Positions 1 through 9,110 of a stretch of 36,909 nt of DNA are shown one piece after another. Position numbers and translations under genes: made by a program. The number at the start of each line of letters is the position of its first letter. The stretch's first letter is position 1. The notes under the pieces were generated by a model. It made no database searches and was not told the origin of the DNA. It worked only from the letters and a program-made list of their open reading frames with translations. Origin of the DNA: an uncultured archaeon (lineage in GTDB: Archaea; Asgardarchaeota; Thorarchaeia; Thorarchaeales; Thorarchaeaceae); contig CAZMBV010000003.1 in NCBI GenBank assembly GCA_964564335.1, positions 1,953 to 38,861 on the forward strand. Reading direction: 5' to 3'.

Positions 1-756
1 AGTTTGATAACTGTGAATGTTGTTTCAGCAGGACCAGGTCCTTCAATCGGAACACCATCAACTCAGCCTGAGGTTCCAATAGCAAATGAGGAACTCACCG
101 TCATTGTTCCAGTTACATCTTCAGAAACGATAACATACGTAAGACTCCAATACAGTATCAACGATGGAACAGAATGGCTGAATGTTACAATGTCTGAAGA
201 AGGTGGTAATTATATTGGTATCATTCCCGGATTTGCGAATAATCAGGTTGTACAATGGCGAATTGTGGCAGCTGATGCATCAGGTGTGGAAACCGTAGGT
301 CCAATATTATCTTACACCGTTGGACAGATACCTGTGGAGCCATTTGATATTCCTCAATTCCATTATGGATGGTTATTAGGAGCGCCAGCTTTAGTCTTAG
401 CATATCTTGGTTCAGCCCTCGAGTATTATGATGAAGAACGGTTTACCAAAGTTCATGGTATTATGCTGACTGTTGCATACATTTTAACAAGCATTAATGT
501 CATTTCACTAGTAATGGAACCATCAGGTGTTTGGGCAGCGATGAATCCTGCGTATTTGTTCAATTTGAGCAACATGTTATTATTCATGCACTCCTGGCAC
601 ATCTGGCTTGGAATAATTAGTATGATTCTAGGTACTCTCGCAGTTATTACACATCTCGGTGGTTGGAAAACATGCAATCTAGGATTACCTGCAGTAGTAC
701 TATGGACCATACTTGGGATAATGGGCATCTATCTGGGAGAAACTTTCATTCTATGA
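1..756 (+). CDS. C-terminal part (5'-truncated by window) of a secreted beta-rich/Ig-like protein ending in a ~4-TM His-containing membrane domain (cytochrome b561/DUF420-like)
   Basis: Frame is open to base 1. Ig-like strands (VRLQYSIND..., YIGIIPG, VQWRIVAAD) are followed by hydrophobic helices with KVHGIML, MHSWHIWLG and ITHLGG. TGA stop at 754-756. Confidence 0.7.
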   Translation, partial: SLITVNVVSAGPGPSIGTPSTQPEVPIANEELTVIVPVTSSETITYVRLQYSINDGTEWLNVTMSEEGGNYIGIIPGFANNQVVQWRIVAADASGVETVGPILSYTVGQIPVEPFDIPQFHYGWLLGAPALVLAYLGSALEYYDEERFTKVHGIMLTVAYILTSINVISLVMEPSGVWAAMNPAYLFNLSNMLLFMHSWHIWLGIISMILGTLAVITHLGGWKTCNLGLPAVVLWTILGIMGIYLGETFIL

Positions 757-766
757 GGTGATTGAG

Positions 767-2251
767 ATGTCAAATGAAGAAATAGAAAATGAAGTCGAAT
801 CAATTCCTGAAACTCCTCCTGAAACAGCAACTCCTGAGAAAGAATCAGTAATTGACTTGCTAAAAGGAGTAGTAGGAGAAGGACGAGTTGGAGACTCAGA
901 GCTTGAACGCGTCGTCTATAGCGGAGACCCTTCATCATTACCTCAATATCACTATAGATGGAAGATAAAGTATCTTGCTGACTATGTTGTGAGAGTTGAA
1001 AATGAAAAGGAGATTCAGGACATTCTGAAAATCGCTCGTGAATACAATATTCCTGTTATTCCACGAGGCGGCGCTTCAAGTTGTATGAGTTCTTCTAGTC
1101 CGAGTCGTGGAGGAATATCTCTCGATATGAAACCTATGAACAAGATACTAGAGATCAACAAGGAAGGAATGTTCGTTCGAGTTGAACCAGGAGTAACTTT
1201 TGAAAATCTTGCAAACGCATTAGCAAAACAGAATCTTACCCTGGGTATTTATCCATCAAGTGCAAAATCTGCAGTAATCGGAGGGTGGATTGGATGTGGA
1301 GGTAGAGGTGGAATAGGTACTCCGTTCTATGGAAGCCTCAAAGATCATATCATGGCATTATCTGTTATCGGAGGAGATGGTTCATTAGAAGTCCTGGAAG
1401 GCGAGGATATCAATCTCTTTCTCAATTCATATGGTATACTGGGTGTTGTTTTTGAGGTTAAATTAAAGATTCACGAGATTGTTCATGAGTACAAATCATT
1501 TAGCTACGGATTTAGAACAATCGAAGGACTCTGTAATGCATTGACAGAAATCACAACACTTGAAGCAAGACCAGTTTATCTAAAAATTGCAGATGACGAG
1601 TTGCAGAAATACAGCAATCCACTTGAGATTGGTAAATATGTTCTATCAGTGACCTATATCGATGTACCCTCAGTCCCGCTTGAAGACTTGAAGTCAATTA
1701 CTGGTAAACACGATGGAGTGTACATCAACGAAGAATTTTCAGAGAAGGAATGGGATCTGAGGTATGATGCGGAATTCAATCCAAAAGAACATACGGAAAC
1801 TCTAATGTTCCAAGAATTCTGGATGCCTATTGAAAAGGTGCATGAAATGCTTTCAGCATTTGAGAAATATCGCAGATCACACAAGATTCCTGCTTTATGG
1901 TTTGGGATGCTTGGCACTCAAAATGAAATGAGACTCGAACTCATGGTAATGATAGATGCAGCACAATATCTCAAGTTCATTTCAAGCAAAGGAATCTTGC
2001 ACAAGATGATGAAGAAGGCGATCAAAATAGGAGGCGCACCATATACGATCGGACTTCAGAATTCAATCTACATGTCTCGCGCATATCCAAACCGGATGGC
2101 AGAAATGCAAAAAGCAAAGGAGAAATGGGACCCTAGTGGAATCATGAATCCGGATAGAGTTACGAGTTGTTTGACATCATATAGGAGAATAGATGTCCTA
2201 TTCTTGCTTGCCACCGCTTTTCGGCGGTTGTCAAAATATGTGGGAGAGTGA
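767..2251 (+). CDS. FAD-binding oxidoreductase, GlcD/VAO (FAD_binding_4 + FAD-oxidase C) family, paralog 1
   Basis: IPRGGASS, VEPGV, YPSSAKSAVIGGWI, SYGILGVV and C-terminal DPSGIMNP motifs. SD GAGGTGA at 755-761 favours ATG 767 over GTG 758. Confidence 0.88.
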   Translation: MSNEEIENEVESIPETPPETATPEKESVIDLLKGVVGEGRVGDSELERVVYSGDPSSLPQYHYRWKIKYLADYVVRVENEKEIQDILKIAREYNIPVIPRGGASSCMSSSSPSRGGISLDMKPMNKILEINKEGMFVRVEPGVTFENLANALAKQNLTLGIYPSSAKSAVIGGWIGCGGRGGIGTPFYGSLKDHIMALSVIGGDGSLEVLEGEDINLFLNSYGILGVVFEVKLKIHEIVHEYKSFSYGFRTIEGLCNALTEITTLEARPVYLKIADDELQKYSNPLEIGKYVLSVTYIDVPSVPLEDLKSITGKHDGVYINEEFSEKEWDLRYDAEFNPKEHTETLMFQEFWMPIEKVHEMLSAFEKYRRSHKIPALWFGMLGTQNEMRLELMVMIDAAQYLKFISSKGILHKMMKKAIKIGGAPYTIGLQNSIYMSRAYPNRMAEMQKAKEKWDPSGIMNPDRVTSCLTSYRRIDVLFLLATAFRRLSKYVGE

Positions 2252-2260
2252 GATTTTACA

Positions 2261-3385
2261 ATGAATATCGATAATCTTTCAGAAATTCTAAAAAATTGTG
2301 GTTCATGTAATTATTGCAGGGACACTTGTCCAATGTTTATAGAGTTAAAATCAGAGCTTGATAGCCCTGGAGGAAAACTCAGAGCATTAAGGGCATATGC
2401 CACTAAGATGCGGGACCCTCCAGCAGCTCTCCTAGAGAAACTCTATTGTGCAGACTGCCGAAGATGTGAAGCAATCTGTCCAGCTGGAGTTCCAGTTACA
2501 GACATCTGGCACGATGCAAAGGCGCAACTCCTAAAAACTGGAGGAGAGATGTCAGAGTCACTAACAAAGGTGCTTGAGTGGTTAGAAAAAGAAGGAACAC
2601 CATTCGTCGGATTTGAAGCCGATGAGCGAGGTGTATGGGCCGAAGATCTCGAGCTTCCAGAAGAATCAAACACAGCGATTTTCTCTGGTTGCATGGGGAG
2701 TTTCTGGTACCCCGACCAACCTGAGACAATAGTTGATATGTTACATAAATTGAATGTGAATGCAGGATATGTTCCCAGCGAAGTTTGTTGTGGTCTTTTC
2801 AATTATTGGGCTGGTGACGATAAGGGCTTTGAAAAGATTGTCCGTAAGAATTACGAGATGTTTAAGAAAGCAGGAGTTGACCATATTGTAACTGGTTGTG
2901 GAGGATGTTATGGCACACTAGCAGAACATTATCCTCGTATCATTCCAGATTTTGATATCAAGATTCTACATTCTGTGGAAGTCTTAGCCAATATGGTTCA
3001 AAATGGAGTTCTCACTTTTGAAGGTCTGGAAGGGACCTATACATATCATGATGGTTGCCACCTCGGAAGAGGTTTAGGAATCTACGAACCACCGAGAGAA
3101 ATCATTCGAGCAGTTCCTGATCTTGAGCTCGTTGAGTTGAAGAACAACAGAGAGAATTCGAATTGTTGTGGTGGCTTTCTTGCAGTCCTCGATCCAGATG
3201 TTGCTGCATCAGTAGGAAGGCGAAGAGTCGCTGAAGCAGAAGAATTGGGAGTTGATGGGATCATCACGTCCTGCATTTCGTGCTATAAGAATCTCAGTTA
3301 TAATGCAAGGGAAACAAAGCTGAAAGTGATACAGCTTGATGAATTAATACTAGATAAAGCTCGATCCTCTCTAGTTGAAGGATAG
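2261..3385 (+). CDS. (Fe-S)-binding oxidoreductase, GlcF/HdrD-like (2x[4Fe-4S] + 2 CCG domains), paralog 1
   Basis: CGSCNYCRDTCP and CADCRRCEAICP clusters. CCG domains GC..EVCCG..CGGC and YHDGCH..NCCGG..CISC. Confidence 0.9.
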   Translation: MNIDNLSEILKNCGSCNYCRDTCPMFIELKSELDSPGGKLRALRAYATKMRDPPAALLEKLYCADCRRCEAICPAGVPVTDIWHDAKAQLLKTGGEMSESLTKVLEWLEKEGTPFVGFEADERGVWAEDLELPEESNTAIFSGCMGSFWYPDQPETIVDMLHKLNVNAGYVPSEVCCGLFNYWAGDDKGFEKIVRKNYEMFKKAGVDHIVTGCGGCYGTLAEHYPRIIPDFDIKILHSVEVLANMVQNGVLTFEGLEGTYTYHDGCHLGRGLGIYEPPREIIRAVPDLELVELKNNRENSNCCGGFLAVLDPDVAASVGRRRVAEAEELGVDGIITSCISCYKNLSYNARETKLKVIQLDELILDKARSSLVEG

Positions 3386-3419
3386 GAAGAGTTACAAATA
3401 AAGAATGGAGATGTAATGT

Positions 3420-4748
3420 ATGAGTAAAGAAAAAGGCACACGCGTTGTGATTGTTGGTGGTGGAATTTCAGGATTTAGTTGTGCACTGGAATTAAAGGGT
3501 CTAAAGGCTCGTTGTACGATTCTAGAAAAGGAGAAGACAGTCGGAGGCCGTGCAAGATCCTACACCGAATCAGGATATGTCTTTGACCAAGGTCTACACT
3601 TTTTCGTTGGTGGCTTTAAATCACTAATTCCTATTCTCGAGAGAAGCGGTGTGAGAATGACCACAGTAGGTGAAGGTGCAGTCTGGTTGAAGGATGGGAA
3701 TAGACACATCATTCGTAGGTCTGCTGTGGAGCTTGCTAAGTTTGGACTGCTTCCTACAACTGATAGAGCTCGACTGGGATTACTAATTCAGGAGAACATA
3801 AAGAGATCAAAAGAGGAGTTCAAAGAACTTGACAAAATGACCTTTTCAGAATATGCTCAAGATAAGAAAATCCCAGAATCGATTCAAAACGACTTCTATG
3901 CTCCGCTTATTAAGACAGTCACGTTCATGGATCCTAGCGAGGTTTCCGCTGGACAATATCTATACTCTGAGAACCTGAGATTTGCATATGAAGATGGTTT
4001 CAGTGCGATGTATCCAGAAAGAGGCGGGTTAGGTAGTGTAGCATATACACTGATGCTGCAAGCACGTAACTTTGGAGTAGAACCACAAGTCAACTGCGCT
4101 GTCAAACAAGTCATAATCGAGGACGGAAAAGTTGTCGGAGTTGATTATGAACAAGATGGCGAGAGCAAACATCTTGACACTGATGCTGTTGTCTTAACTG
4201 TACCAATTGATCTTCTACCAAACTTTGTGAAAATGAGTGATCTACCTAAAGAGTTCACTCAGAAGGCAGCTAAGTTTCAATACGCTCCATCCACAGTGGC
4301 ATACTTTGGATTGAAGTCGCGAATATTAGATTTCAATGTAGGTGCTTTTGTACCTGAGAGAAAAATCAACATAGTTGCAGAAGCTAAGAGGGTTTCAGGT
4401 GTTTTAGCTCCAATAGGTGAATCACTCTTAACCGTGACAGGAATTGATAAAGAACTTCTCAAAATGAGTGATGAAGATGCTACTGAAGAAATCCTTAATG
4501 AGCTTGAGATACTGATTCCTGGTGTGAAGGAGAAAGTCACATGGAAGAAGAGTTGGAAGATCTGGAAATCAGTTCTTTCACAACCACCGGGAATAATGGA
4601 TGATCGTTTGACAACAAACCGGACTGGCGTTCAAGGGCTGTATGTTGCAGGTTCACATGCGAATTGTGGAATGTATTACGCTTCGATGGAAGCTGCATCT
4701 AGGTCAGGTATGGCTTGTGCTGGAGAGATGATTGCAGACCTTAAGTGA
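3420..4748 (+). CDS. FAD-dependent oxidoreductase, phytoene/zeta-carotene desaturase/HpnE-like (amine oxidase fold)
   Basis: Rossmann IVGGGISG, LEKEKTVGGRARS, DQGLHFFVG and C-terminal GLYVAGSH..SMEAASRSG. The last two resemble PDS/ZDS GLHxFFG and SMEGA. Confidence 0.75.
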   Translation: MSKEKGTRVVIVGGGISGFSCALELKGLKARCTILEKEKTVGGRARSYTESGYVFDQGLHFFVGGFKSLIPILERSGVRMTTVGEGAVWLKDGNRHIIRRSAVELAKFGLLPTTDRARLGLLIQENIKRSKEEFKELDKMTFSEYAQDKKIPESIQNDFYAPLIKTVTFMDPSEVSAGQYLYSENLRFAYEDGFSAMYPERGGLGSVAYTLMLQARNFGVEPQVNCAVKQVIIEDGKVVGVDYEQDGESKHLDTDAVVLTVPIDLLPNFVKMSDLPKEFTQKAAKFQYAPSTVAYFGLKSRILDFNVGAFVPERKINIVAEAKRVSGVLAPIGESLLTVTGIDKELLKMSDEDATEEILNELEILIPGVKEKVTWKKSWKIWKSVLSQPPGIMDDRLTTNRTGVQGLYVAGSHANCGMYYASMEAASRSGMACAGEMIADLK

Positions 4749-4854
4749 CTCAATCCGCATATTGAATATGCTAAGAGTGTAACAGCTCTTGGCATAACTA
4801 TATACTGGCACACAGTAATTTGGGAATAAGCAGTTTCATATGGTGTGCTTAGAG

Positions 4855-6048
4855 ATGACCAAACTGGACTTCCTTGAGAAATACAAACAAGAAGATGAAC
4901 CATATGTCTGCGCATCGTGTGGGAACTGTACTCTTGTCTGTCCAGTTTTTCATGAATTAAATTGGGAGTCTTATGGGCCACGAGGCAAACTACATCTGGT
5001 CAAATCAGTCATTGAAGGAACAAGCGAATTCGGACAAGATCTCGCTGACAAGATTTTTCTATGCAACTTATGCGAGCACTGTACGTTTGTTTGCACAACT
5101 GGTATTAGTCTTGATCGATTTTGGGAAGTAGTTCGGGCAGAAGTCCGAGAACGAGATTTGTTGCCAGCTCCAGCCAAATTTGTTCTGAAATCACTCAAAG
5201 AACGTGGGGATCCAATGTGGATGGGTTCGGCAGACAGACTTCTATGGATGGAAGGTGTGGAAGAACTTGTCAAAGGACGTATATTGAAAAAAGCCAAGGT
5301 TGCGTATTTTCTAGGTTGCAATGTTTCCTTGAAGTCCCAGCTGCATGATGTAGCTAAATCAATGGTCAAGATATTGGACTACGCAGGCATTGACTATACA
5401 TTACTCGGGGACAAAGAGGTATGTTGTGGTGCTCCTTTGGGGTGGGCGGGAAATCTTAAAGATATCAATGAAATGGCCGAGAAGAATCTGGAAATCATGG
5501 AGCAACTAGGAGTTGAAACAATAGTATTCAGCTGCCCTTCTTGTATACAGACTTGGTCAGAATACAGCGAACGTGTGAAAAAAGACCATAACATCGAACT
5601 ACTGACTGCATCACAATTTATCAATCGTTTAATCCGTGAGAAACGGCTTCACTTTGATGAGCAGCCTATGATAACAACAACATTTCATGATCCTTGCATC
5701 TCAGCCAGAGTATTGAAAGCAACTGAAGAACCTAGGGAAATCATCGATGAGATTCCTGGTGTTTATAATGTTGAGATGAATCCTTCGCGGCAAAATACAA
5801 GGTGTTGTGGATCTCATGGTTTACTCGATGTCGTAAATCCTGTTCTCTCAGCTAAAATTGCTGAGAGACGTCTGAGAGATGTGACTGTAACTCCTGCGAC
5901 TCGGGTCGTTACTGAGTGTCCCCGATGTATTCTAGCATTCGACCTTGCAAAATTCACTACGAACTATGATATACAGGTGCAGGACATCACACAACTTGTA
6001 GCTAGTTCCTTATCACCAAAAAAGGAGGAAGGTGACAGGAACCGATGA
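4855..6048 (+). CDS. (Fe-S)-binding oxidoreductase, GlcF/HdrD-like, paralog 2
   Basis: CASCGNCTLVCP, CNLCEHCTFVC, VCCG..CPSC, FHDPC..RCCG..CPRC. Start is 4855 or 4840. Overlaps the next gene (ATGA). Confidence 0.9.
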   Translation: MTKLDFLEKYKQEDEPYVCASCGNCTLVCPVFHELNWESYGPRGKLHLVKSVIEGTSEFGQDLADKIFLCNLCEHCTFVCTTGISLDRFWEVVRAEVRERDLLPAPAKFVLKSLKERGDPMWMGSADRLLWMEGVEELVKGRILKKAKVAYFLGCNVSLKSQLHDVAKSMVKILDYAGIDYTLLGDKEVCCGAPLGWAGNLKDINEMAEKNLEIMEQLGVETIVFSCPSCIQTWSEYSERVKKDHNIELLTASQFINRLIREKRLHFDEQPMITTTFHDPCISARVLKATEEPREIIDEIPGVYNVEMNPSRQNTRCCGSHGLLDVVNPVLSAKIAERRLRDVTVTPATRVVTECPRCILAFDLAKFTTNYDIQVQDITQLVASSLSPKKEEGDRNR

Positions 6049-7766
6049 GCTCAGAGGAACTACGAATTGGTGATATCGTTGGAGCTGATAATGTTTCAAC
6101 TACGCCAGAAACATGCATGATTTATTCAAAAGATGTGACGAGTTTACCGGACTTGGTGCATCAGATTGTTAGCCCCAGATTTGATGTTGTTACTCAACCT
6201 GTGGATGTTCCTTCACTTCAGAATCTGATTTTGTATGCAATAGAGAATAGAATTCCTGTAGTTCCTAGAGGAAATGGTACCTCTGGATGGGGTGGAGCAA
6301 TTCCGACAAGAGGAGGGTTCTGCATTGCGCTATCAGGTATGTCTGAAATTTTATACTTCAACGAGTTCGAGTCTGCTGTGACTGTTGAAACAGGTATTAC
6401 ATGGAGAAACCTTCTAACATTCTTAGAGCGTCTTGGTTTTACACTACCGGTCTATCCTTCAAGTGCGACCGCAGCGACTGTTGGGGGATTCGTAGCAAGT
6501 GGAGGTCTCGGAATAGGATCGACTCGCAATGGTGATATTCTGAAGCAAGTTCTTGGAATTGAAGCGGTTTTACCAAATGGAAAACTCGTAAGACTTGGGC
6601 AAGTATTACTTGACTCAAAGAGTGATATGCTCAGCGAAAGAGCGAAAGAAGGTAATGAATGGTTAAGCAAGCAGTTATCAGCAGCGGGACTTGGCACTCC
6701 CGAGCAAGAAACTAAGCTTTTCACTGGTACATATGGAACTCTTGGTATAATAACAAAGGTCACTCTCAAGATAATACCGAAACTCCAACTAGTTCCATTT
6801 ACGTGCTCATTTGACAGTATGGAAGATCTTGTGAGAACTGCAGATAGAATCCTATCTACTGTCAAACCATATTATATGAGATTTCTTACGAATGAGTACA
6901 CATCCAAATTAGGAAACTTGAAAGCGCGCGAAAATGAGAATGGAAAGTACATCCTTACCGGAGCTCTCCTTGACACCATTTACCAAAATGAAGATAATGT
7001 TGAGATAATTAAAACAACTACAGAGCAAGAAAATGGATTTGTTTTGGATGATAAGCGGGCTTTGTATTATTGGGATGAAAGACTCTATCCCCTGAGAATT
7101 AAACGACATGGGCCGAGTATTGTCCCTGCAGAGATGCTTGCGCCTCTAGATATGCTTCCAGAGATATTAGAGAAGACCAAGTACGAACTTCGAAATTCCA
7201 ACGTTGCTATTGAAGGAATGCTGAACAATGATAGTACTGCTTCCTTCATGGTCTGGATCTTAGATGATGAAAGGAAGAAATTCTCATTCACAGTTGGGTG
7301 GTATCGGTCATTTCAGATTGCTTCACTTGCGGAGCGTTTTGGCGGTCGTCCATACGCAGTGGGATTATGGAATGGAAGACATGCAAAGAAATACTATGGC
7401 AACGATTCATACAACAATCTCAAAGTCATGAAGAAAAAACTCGATCCAAATAATATCATGAATCCAGTCAAAGTCTTTGGTGGTAGAGTGACAATTGGTA
7501 GGGTATCGATGCTTTCTGGATTTCTTATTGGATTTGTAGGCGTTCTGGTAGTTGGGTGGGTGGGTCCAAGATTTCTTGGTCTTATCTCGTTAATTCAATT
7601 GCTTGAAACGAGTTTACTCCCTTCATTCTATTTTCCGCCCTTAGCACTTATTGCATTCGCAGCAGGATTAGGAGGGCTTTTAATTACTAGACTAATGACT
7701 TTGAATCAAGCGTTAGCCATGGGTATCCCTGTTCTAAAAATCCTCGGCAAGCTACTACGAAGATAG
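6045..7766 (+). CDS. FAD-binding oxidoreductase, GlcD/VAO family with C-terminal membrane anchor, paralog 2
   Basis: VPRGNGTSGWGG, YPSSATAATVGG, GTYGTLGIIT and DPNNIMNP, then ~95 extra residues with two hydrophobic segments. Confidence 0.88.
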   Translation: MSSEELRIGDIVGADNVSTTPETCMIYSKDVTSLPDLVHQIVSPRFDVVTQPVDVPSLQNLILYAIENRIPVVPRGNGTSGWGGAIPTRGGFCIALSGMSEILYFNEFESAVTVETGITWRNLLTFLERLGFTLPVYPSSATAATVGGFVASGGLGIGSTRNGDILKQVLGIEAVLPNGKLVRLGQVLLDSKSDMLSERAKEGNEWLSKQLSAAGLGTPEQETKLFTGTYGTLGIITKVTLKIIPKLQLVPFTCSFDSMEDLVRTADRILSTVKPYYMRFLTNEYTSKLGNLKARENENGKYILTGALLDTIYQNEDNVEIIKTTTEQENGFVLDDKRALYYWDERLYPLRIKRHGPSIVPAEMLAPLDMLPEILEKTKYELRNSNVAIEGMLNNDSTASFMVWILDDERKKFSFTVGWYRSFQIASLAERFGGRPYAVGLWNGRHAKKYYGNDSYNNLKVMKKKLDPNNIMNPVKVFGGRVTIGRVSMLSGFLIGFVGVLVVGWVGPRFLGLISLIQLLETSLLPSFYFPPLALIAFAAGLGGLLITRLMTLNQALAMGIPVLKILGKLLRR

Positions 7767-7989
7767 CAGCAACTCGTTTAATTTTTTCTTACAAAAGATT
7801 GAAGTAAGTCATATGCCTGACAATACTAATCGTTGATGTACATTTGGTTATACAGGTTTCAAAAAGAATCAATGAATGCCAGTTAACCAATATGCTCAAA
7901 TATGAGACATTAGTTTGAAAATGAAACTTGGCGAATGTATTCTCAATGGTCGAAGATACAGAACGAAACCAAAAATGAGTGTTGCTGTA

Positions 7990-8580
7990 ATGAAACGTAA
8001 TCAAACTATTAAAACCATCATCGCTATTGGCTTTTTATCATTACTTGTTGTGACTGCTGCAGGTTCAGTTGGAGCTTTTTCAAGTAAGACAAATGAATGT
8101 GGAACATCTGGTTGTCATGATACAGCTGGAGTCCTAACTCTATCTTCAAACTCGACTAGCTTCAGTGCAACAACAGGAAACCCATTTGTCTTGGTGATTC
8201 AGGCAGGAAATGGGGCAGAATGGATTAAAGTCGAGCCGGGATGGGAAGACAATGCTCAGTTTTCAATTTCTCAAAATGCGATTGAGGATGGATCAGTTAA
8301 CGATACTGATGCAGCCACAGGAGCCATTTCTGTAGAGATTACATTCATTCCATTATCAGCTGGTACTCAGACAATTCGCATCTGGACAGCAGCTCAAAGC
8401 GATTTAGCAACTTCACTCGATATCACAGTCACTGTGACCGGTGATTCAATTACGACGCCCACACCTCCACCCACTGTAGATTTGGTTGGGACATGGAGAA
8501 TGTTAATGATTATACTCCCAGTATCAGTAGGCGCAATTCTTCTGATTCTAGGAGTGGTTATAATAAAGAGGAAAGCATGA
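7990..8580 (+). CDS. Exported, C-terminally anchored protein with CX4CH motif (putative atypical monoheme c-type cytochrome)
   Basis: Signal peptide MKRNQTIKTIIAIGFLSLLVVTAAGSVGA. CGTSGCH at 8098-8118, then a beta-rich domain, a TTPTPPPT linker, a TM helix and a KRKA tail. Start is 7990 or 7975; the track's 7915 looks over-extended. Confidence 0.7.
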   Translation: MKRNQTIKTIIAIGFLSLLVVTAAGSVGAFSSKTNECGTSGCHDTAGVLTLSSNSTSFSATTGNPFVLVIQAGNGAEWIKVEPGWEDNAQFSISQNAIEDGSVNDTDAATGAISVEITFIPLSAGTQTIRIWTAAQSDLATSLDITVTVTGDSITTPTPPPTVDLVGTWRMLMIILPVSVGAILLILGVVIIKRKA

Positions 8581-8591
8581 AGGTGATATGA

Positions 8592-9095
8592 TTGGCACTA
8601 CATCCATTATTTATACACTTCCACACAGGAATTCTAGCAGTATCAGCTATTTTGGCTATGGTTAATCTACTCTTACGTTTCGGGTTTAAAGACAACATTC
8701 GTACTCCTGGAACACGACTTGCTCGGTTGTTTCATCAGATTGATGTCTTCATGTATGTCGGAATAATAATCGGTTTCATTGGATTAATCGCAGGTGCGAT
8801 CACAGGATTTATGGAGCCAGACTATTCTCTTGCCGCACTTGAAGCATCTGCAATCATGAGGTTCAAGATTCTATGGTCTGTTATTTTAATTGAGATATAC
8901 TTCTTCCTAATGATCGTTCGAACTAAACTGGGAGATCGTATATGGAAGGGAGCGGGTAGTTCGCTCACTTATGGGATTCTCATAATAATAGGCGGTGCGT
9001 TCATCGTTCTCATTGCTGCACTCGGAGGTCTTGCAGTGTATGGAGAGACGATTATGGAACCAATCTTCAATTGGATAGGTATACCCTGGCCATAA
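8592..9095 (+). CDS. DUF2231-like 4-TM membrane protein (possible heme b binding)
   Basis: N-terminal LHPLFIHFH resembles the DUF2231 HPxxVHF motif. AGAITGF and ALGGLAVYG segments. SD AGGTGA at 8581-8586, TTG start. Confidence 0.7.
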   Translation: MALHPLFIHFHTGILAVSAILAMVNLLLRFGFKDNIRTPGTRLARLFHQIDVFMYVGIIIGFIGLIAGAITGFMEPDYSLAALEASAIMRFKILWSVILIEIYFFLMIVRTKLGDRIWKGAGSSLTYGILIIIGGAFIVLIAALGGLAVYGETIMEPIFNWIGIPWP

Positions 9096-9110
9096 TAAGG
9101 AGACCCAGCA

